This document shows, in pieces, positions 61,390-64,000 of a stretch of DNA of 64,000 bases. The stretch comes from Octopus sinensis (Eukaryota): NCBI RefSeq assembly GCF_006345805.1, contig NC_043004.1, positions 55,304,001-55,368,000 on the forward strand. The letters run 5' to 3'. Position 1 is the first letter of the stretch. Each line of letters opens with the position of its first letter. The position numbers and the translations under genes were made by a program. The notes under the pieces are model-generated. The model worked only from the letters and a program-made list of their open reading frames with translations, had not been told where the DNA came from and ran no database searches.

Positions 61390-63605
61390 CATTATTTACA
61401 TTATTTACATTTGACGGATATTTGTCCTCAACTTGTTTGTTGTTTGCTGATATACCCTCCAGCGTTCATTAGGTGTCTTGGCGAATTTTCGAATTTTTGA
61501 ACACTGGTTCTCATTCCTGAGGTATTTTCGATGTTATTATTATTATTAGTATTATTATTATCATTATTATTATTATTATTAAGGTCACTGCTTGGAATCA
61601 AACTCAGAATCTTTGGCTTAGTAGCCCGCGCTCTAAGCCACTACGCTATATGCCCGTGGGCAATTATGGAGTGAATTTTAGGGCTTATAAATCTAATACT
61701 TTTCTATCCTTCCTTAACACCGGTTCCCATATGCTGCTCATATCTGCACTCCGTCTGCTTAGGAGGTTGTTTTGTCCTTGCATATGTGCTACTTCTTTTA
61801 GTTTTCGTATTTTTCAGTGGGATTCTCTATTATTTTAACTTCATTCCACAGGGGGAGGTGGTCTCCATATTTCCATACATGATCAGCTATACCCGATTTG
61901 TCAATATCCCCTCTAGTCACAGCTTTGCGATGTTCGTCTACCCTTATTTTGAGGGGTTGGCATGTTTCGCCTTTGTATAACCTACCACAGATGCATGGGA
62001 TGGAGTACACGTAGTCTTTGGTCATATTCTCTTGGTGGTTTTACTCGAAGGAGATATTTGCGAAGTGTTGTATTACTCTTGTCCTATGAGCCGCATATAT
62101 TTTGTATCTTTTCAGAGAGGCCTTTCATATAGGTAGACAGACTGTAGACAGTTTATTGGCATCATCCTCTCTTTTCTTCATAATTGGAGTGAATAGTATA
62201 CTTTTGGAGTTGTTGTTGCTTAACAGATTGTTACTGAGCTTGATCATTTCTTCGTGGTGTGTATCACGATCGCTACTTATATTCTTTGCACGGTGTTTTA
62301 GTAACTAAGCAATCCCTCTCTTTACACTGTATGGATGGTGGGAATTGAAGTTGAGGTATCGTCCAGTAAAGTTCGGCTTGCGGTATACAGATGTCCTGAA
62401 TCCATACTTGGTGCGTGTTATTAATACGTCCAGGAATGCCAGCTGATTGTCTTTTCCCCTTTCCATTGTGAACTGTATGGAAGGCTTTATTGAGTTCACA
62501 TGATCTAACAACACTTGGATATCTTCCTGGTGGGGCCAAAGTATAAAGGTGTCATCAACATATCGTAACCATAGTGTTGGTTTTAGTGGTGTTTATCCTA
62601 AAACCAAATTCTCAAAGTATTCCATGTATATATTGGCTATTACCGGTGATAATGGCGAACCCATAGATAAACCCTCCTCTTGCCGATATATATTAGTGTC
62701 CATCCTGAAGTAGGTAATTTCTACACAGAAGGTCAACATTTCCATCAAGTTTCTTATTGATATACAAGTGCGTTCTTTTAGATAGCTGTCTGTCACTAGT
62801 TTGTCTTGTATCACCGATAGTGCTTCACCAGTTGAACTTTGGTGAACAGGCTTATCACATCTAGACTCACCATCTGGTTGGATTCAATGGGAGTATCCTT
62901 GATCAATTCTGTGAAGTGGGTGAGAATTCTTCACGCACGATGTTGACTTACCTGCTAATAGACTGATTATATCCACAAGAAAGCGGCTCAGTGAATGACA
63001 TGCTGAAACTCTACAGCTCACTATAGGTCTTAATGGAATACCATCCTTGTGAATCTTAGGGAGACCGTACATGTGTGGTAGTTTACTGCGGTTTTGAGTC
63101 AGTTGTCTGTACTTCATTGGTGTAAAGTGATCCTTGTTCTTGATCAAGATCTGTGACAACTTCCTCTCTGTTTTCAGAGTTGGGTCTTTCTTTTCTTTAA
63201 TGTAGCTACCCTCACTTATAAGACTTGCCAACTTTTCAGACTTGTTCATCACCACTGTAGCATTTCCCTTGTCTGCTGGAAGTATTATGATGGAATTGTC
63301 ACTCTGTAGTCTTTTGATAGCGAACTTTTCTTCCTTAGTGATGTTCGGTTTAGGAAGTTTTGCTTTTTCTAGTACCTGTCTAACTTTTCCCCTTAGTTCA
63401 TCTCCCTGAGCTTTTGGTATCTTTACGGCTATCTCTTCATTAGGGGCTATTATGTCCATGTATGGAACACGCTTGATGGTTGTGTTAGCCGAAACGATTG
63501 TTGTGTTAACAACAAACGAGATGAGGGCAAATATCCGTCGAATGTAAATAATGTAAATAATGTAAATAATGTGCACAATTCCTCATCTCTTAAATAGATA
63601 ACTGT
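61390..63605 (-). mobile_element. Penelope-like element (RT + GIY-YIG) with tRNA-head terminal repeat (61390-61670) and a truncated inverted copy (about 63481-63605)
   Basis: LPADKGNATVV, YGLPKIHK..IPLRPIVS, GLSMGSPLSP, RYVDD, LAFLDV, YVYSIPCICGRLYKGET; tRNA-like head at 61583-61655(-). Confidence 0.92.
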
Positions 63606-63736
63606 TTTAGGTAATTGTCTCTTTTTAGTTGTATGGTGAAACTAGCTTGTTGTTGTCATTGATGTATTATAACTGCTTCAGATGATTCCTGTTTTTAAAG
63701 GTGTTTTTTTAAAAAATCCTGACTGTGTTATTTTTT

Positions 63737-63867
63737 TTAACCCCGCCAAGGAGGTTATGCTTTTGCCGGTGTGGGTTTGGGAAATTGGGCGATTTTCAGC
63801 ATGCGTGTATATGGGTGGAAATGAGCTGTTTGGCGGAGGTCTGTGCTCTCCGAGTGCTTTTCTAGTT
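63737..63867 (+). mobile_element. Short Helentron/DINE-like element
   Basis: Subterminal IR CCGCC / GGCGG, end GCTCTCCGAGTGCTTTTCTAGTTT. Confidence 0.65.
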
Positions 63868-64000
63868 TATTCTGCAGTCTTCAAAACCATTTGAACGAAA
63901 AAAATATGAATTGTGTAGACTAGGTTAGAACAGTAGAAGAGGAGTATTTTTTATCACAGACAAATGAAGTTTGGAAGAGGTGGGGGGCTTACAAGTTTGG

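Overview
AT-rich, microsatellite-dense eukaryotic genomic DNA. The SINE families and repeat landscape look like Octopus (recognition/inference, not a database match). One host gene spans the window on the + strand: ten phase-compatible GT-AG exons (11325-46938, 1575 nt, 524 aa + stop; the N-terminal exon(s) were not found and probably lie upstream). It encodes a type-B carboxylesterase/cholinesterase-family protein with an intact Ser-Glu-His triad, a C-terminal transmembrane helix and an 8-aa cytoplasmic tail. The rest is decayed mobile DNA: Helitrons and Helentron-like elements, RTE, CR1-like, L1/Tx1 and R4/Dong-like LINEs, Penelope-like elements (PLEs), a Gypsy LTR element, mariner/pogo derivatives, MITEs and several tRNA-derived SINE families. 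The main unannotated layer is self-cleaving-RNA motifs. I can fold by eye about 10 complete or near-complete minimal type I hammerhead ribozyme (HHR) motifs from several unrelated repeat families, plus degenerate ones. Most have palindromic stem III, two have 60-97 nt stem II inserts, one family shows a U3-A8 core covariation, and four occur as inverted pairs able to form long dsRNA. One family joins a tRNA-like Pol III head, an (AAT)n spacer and an HHR; it occurs both as a PLE terminal repeat and as a solo SINE-like unit. An HDV-like ribozyme remnant marks the 5' end of an inverted RTE. All folds are manual and untested.
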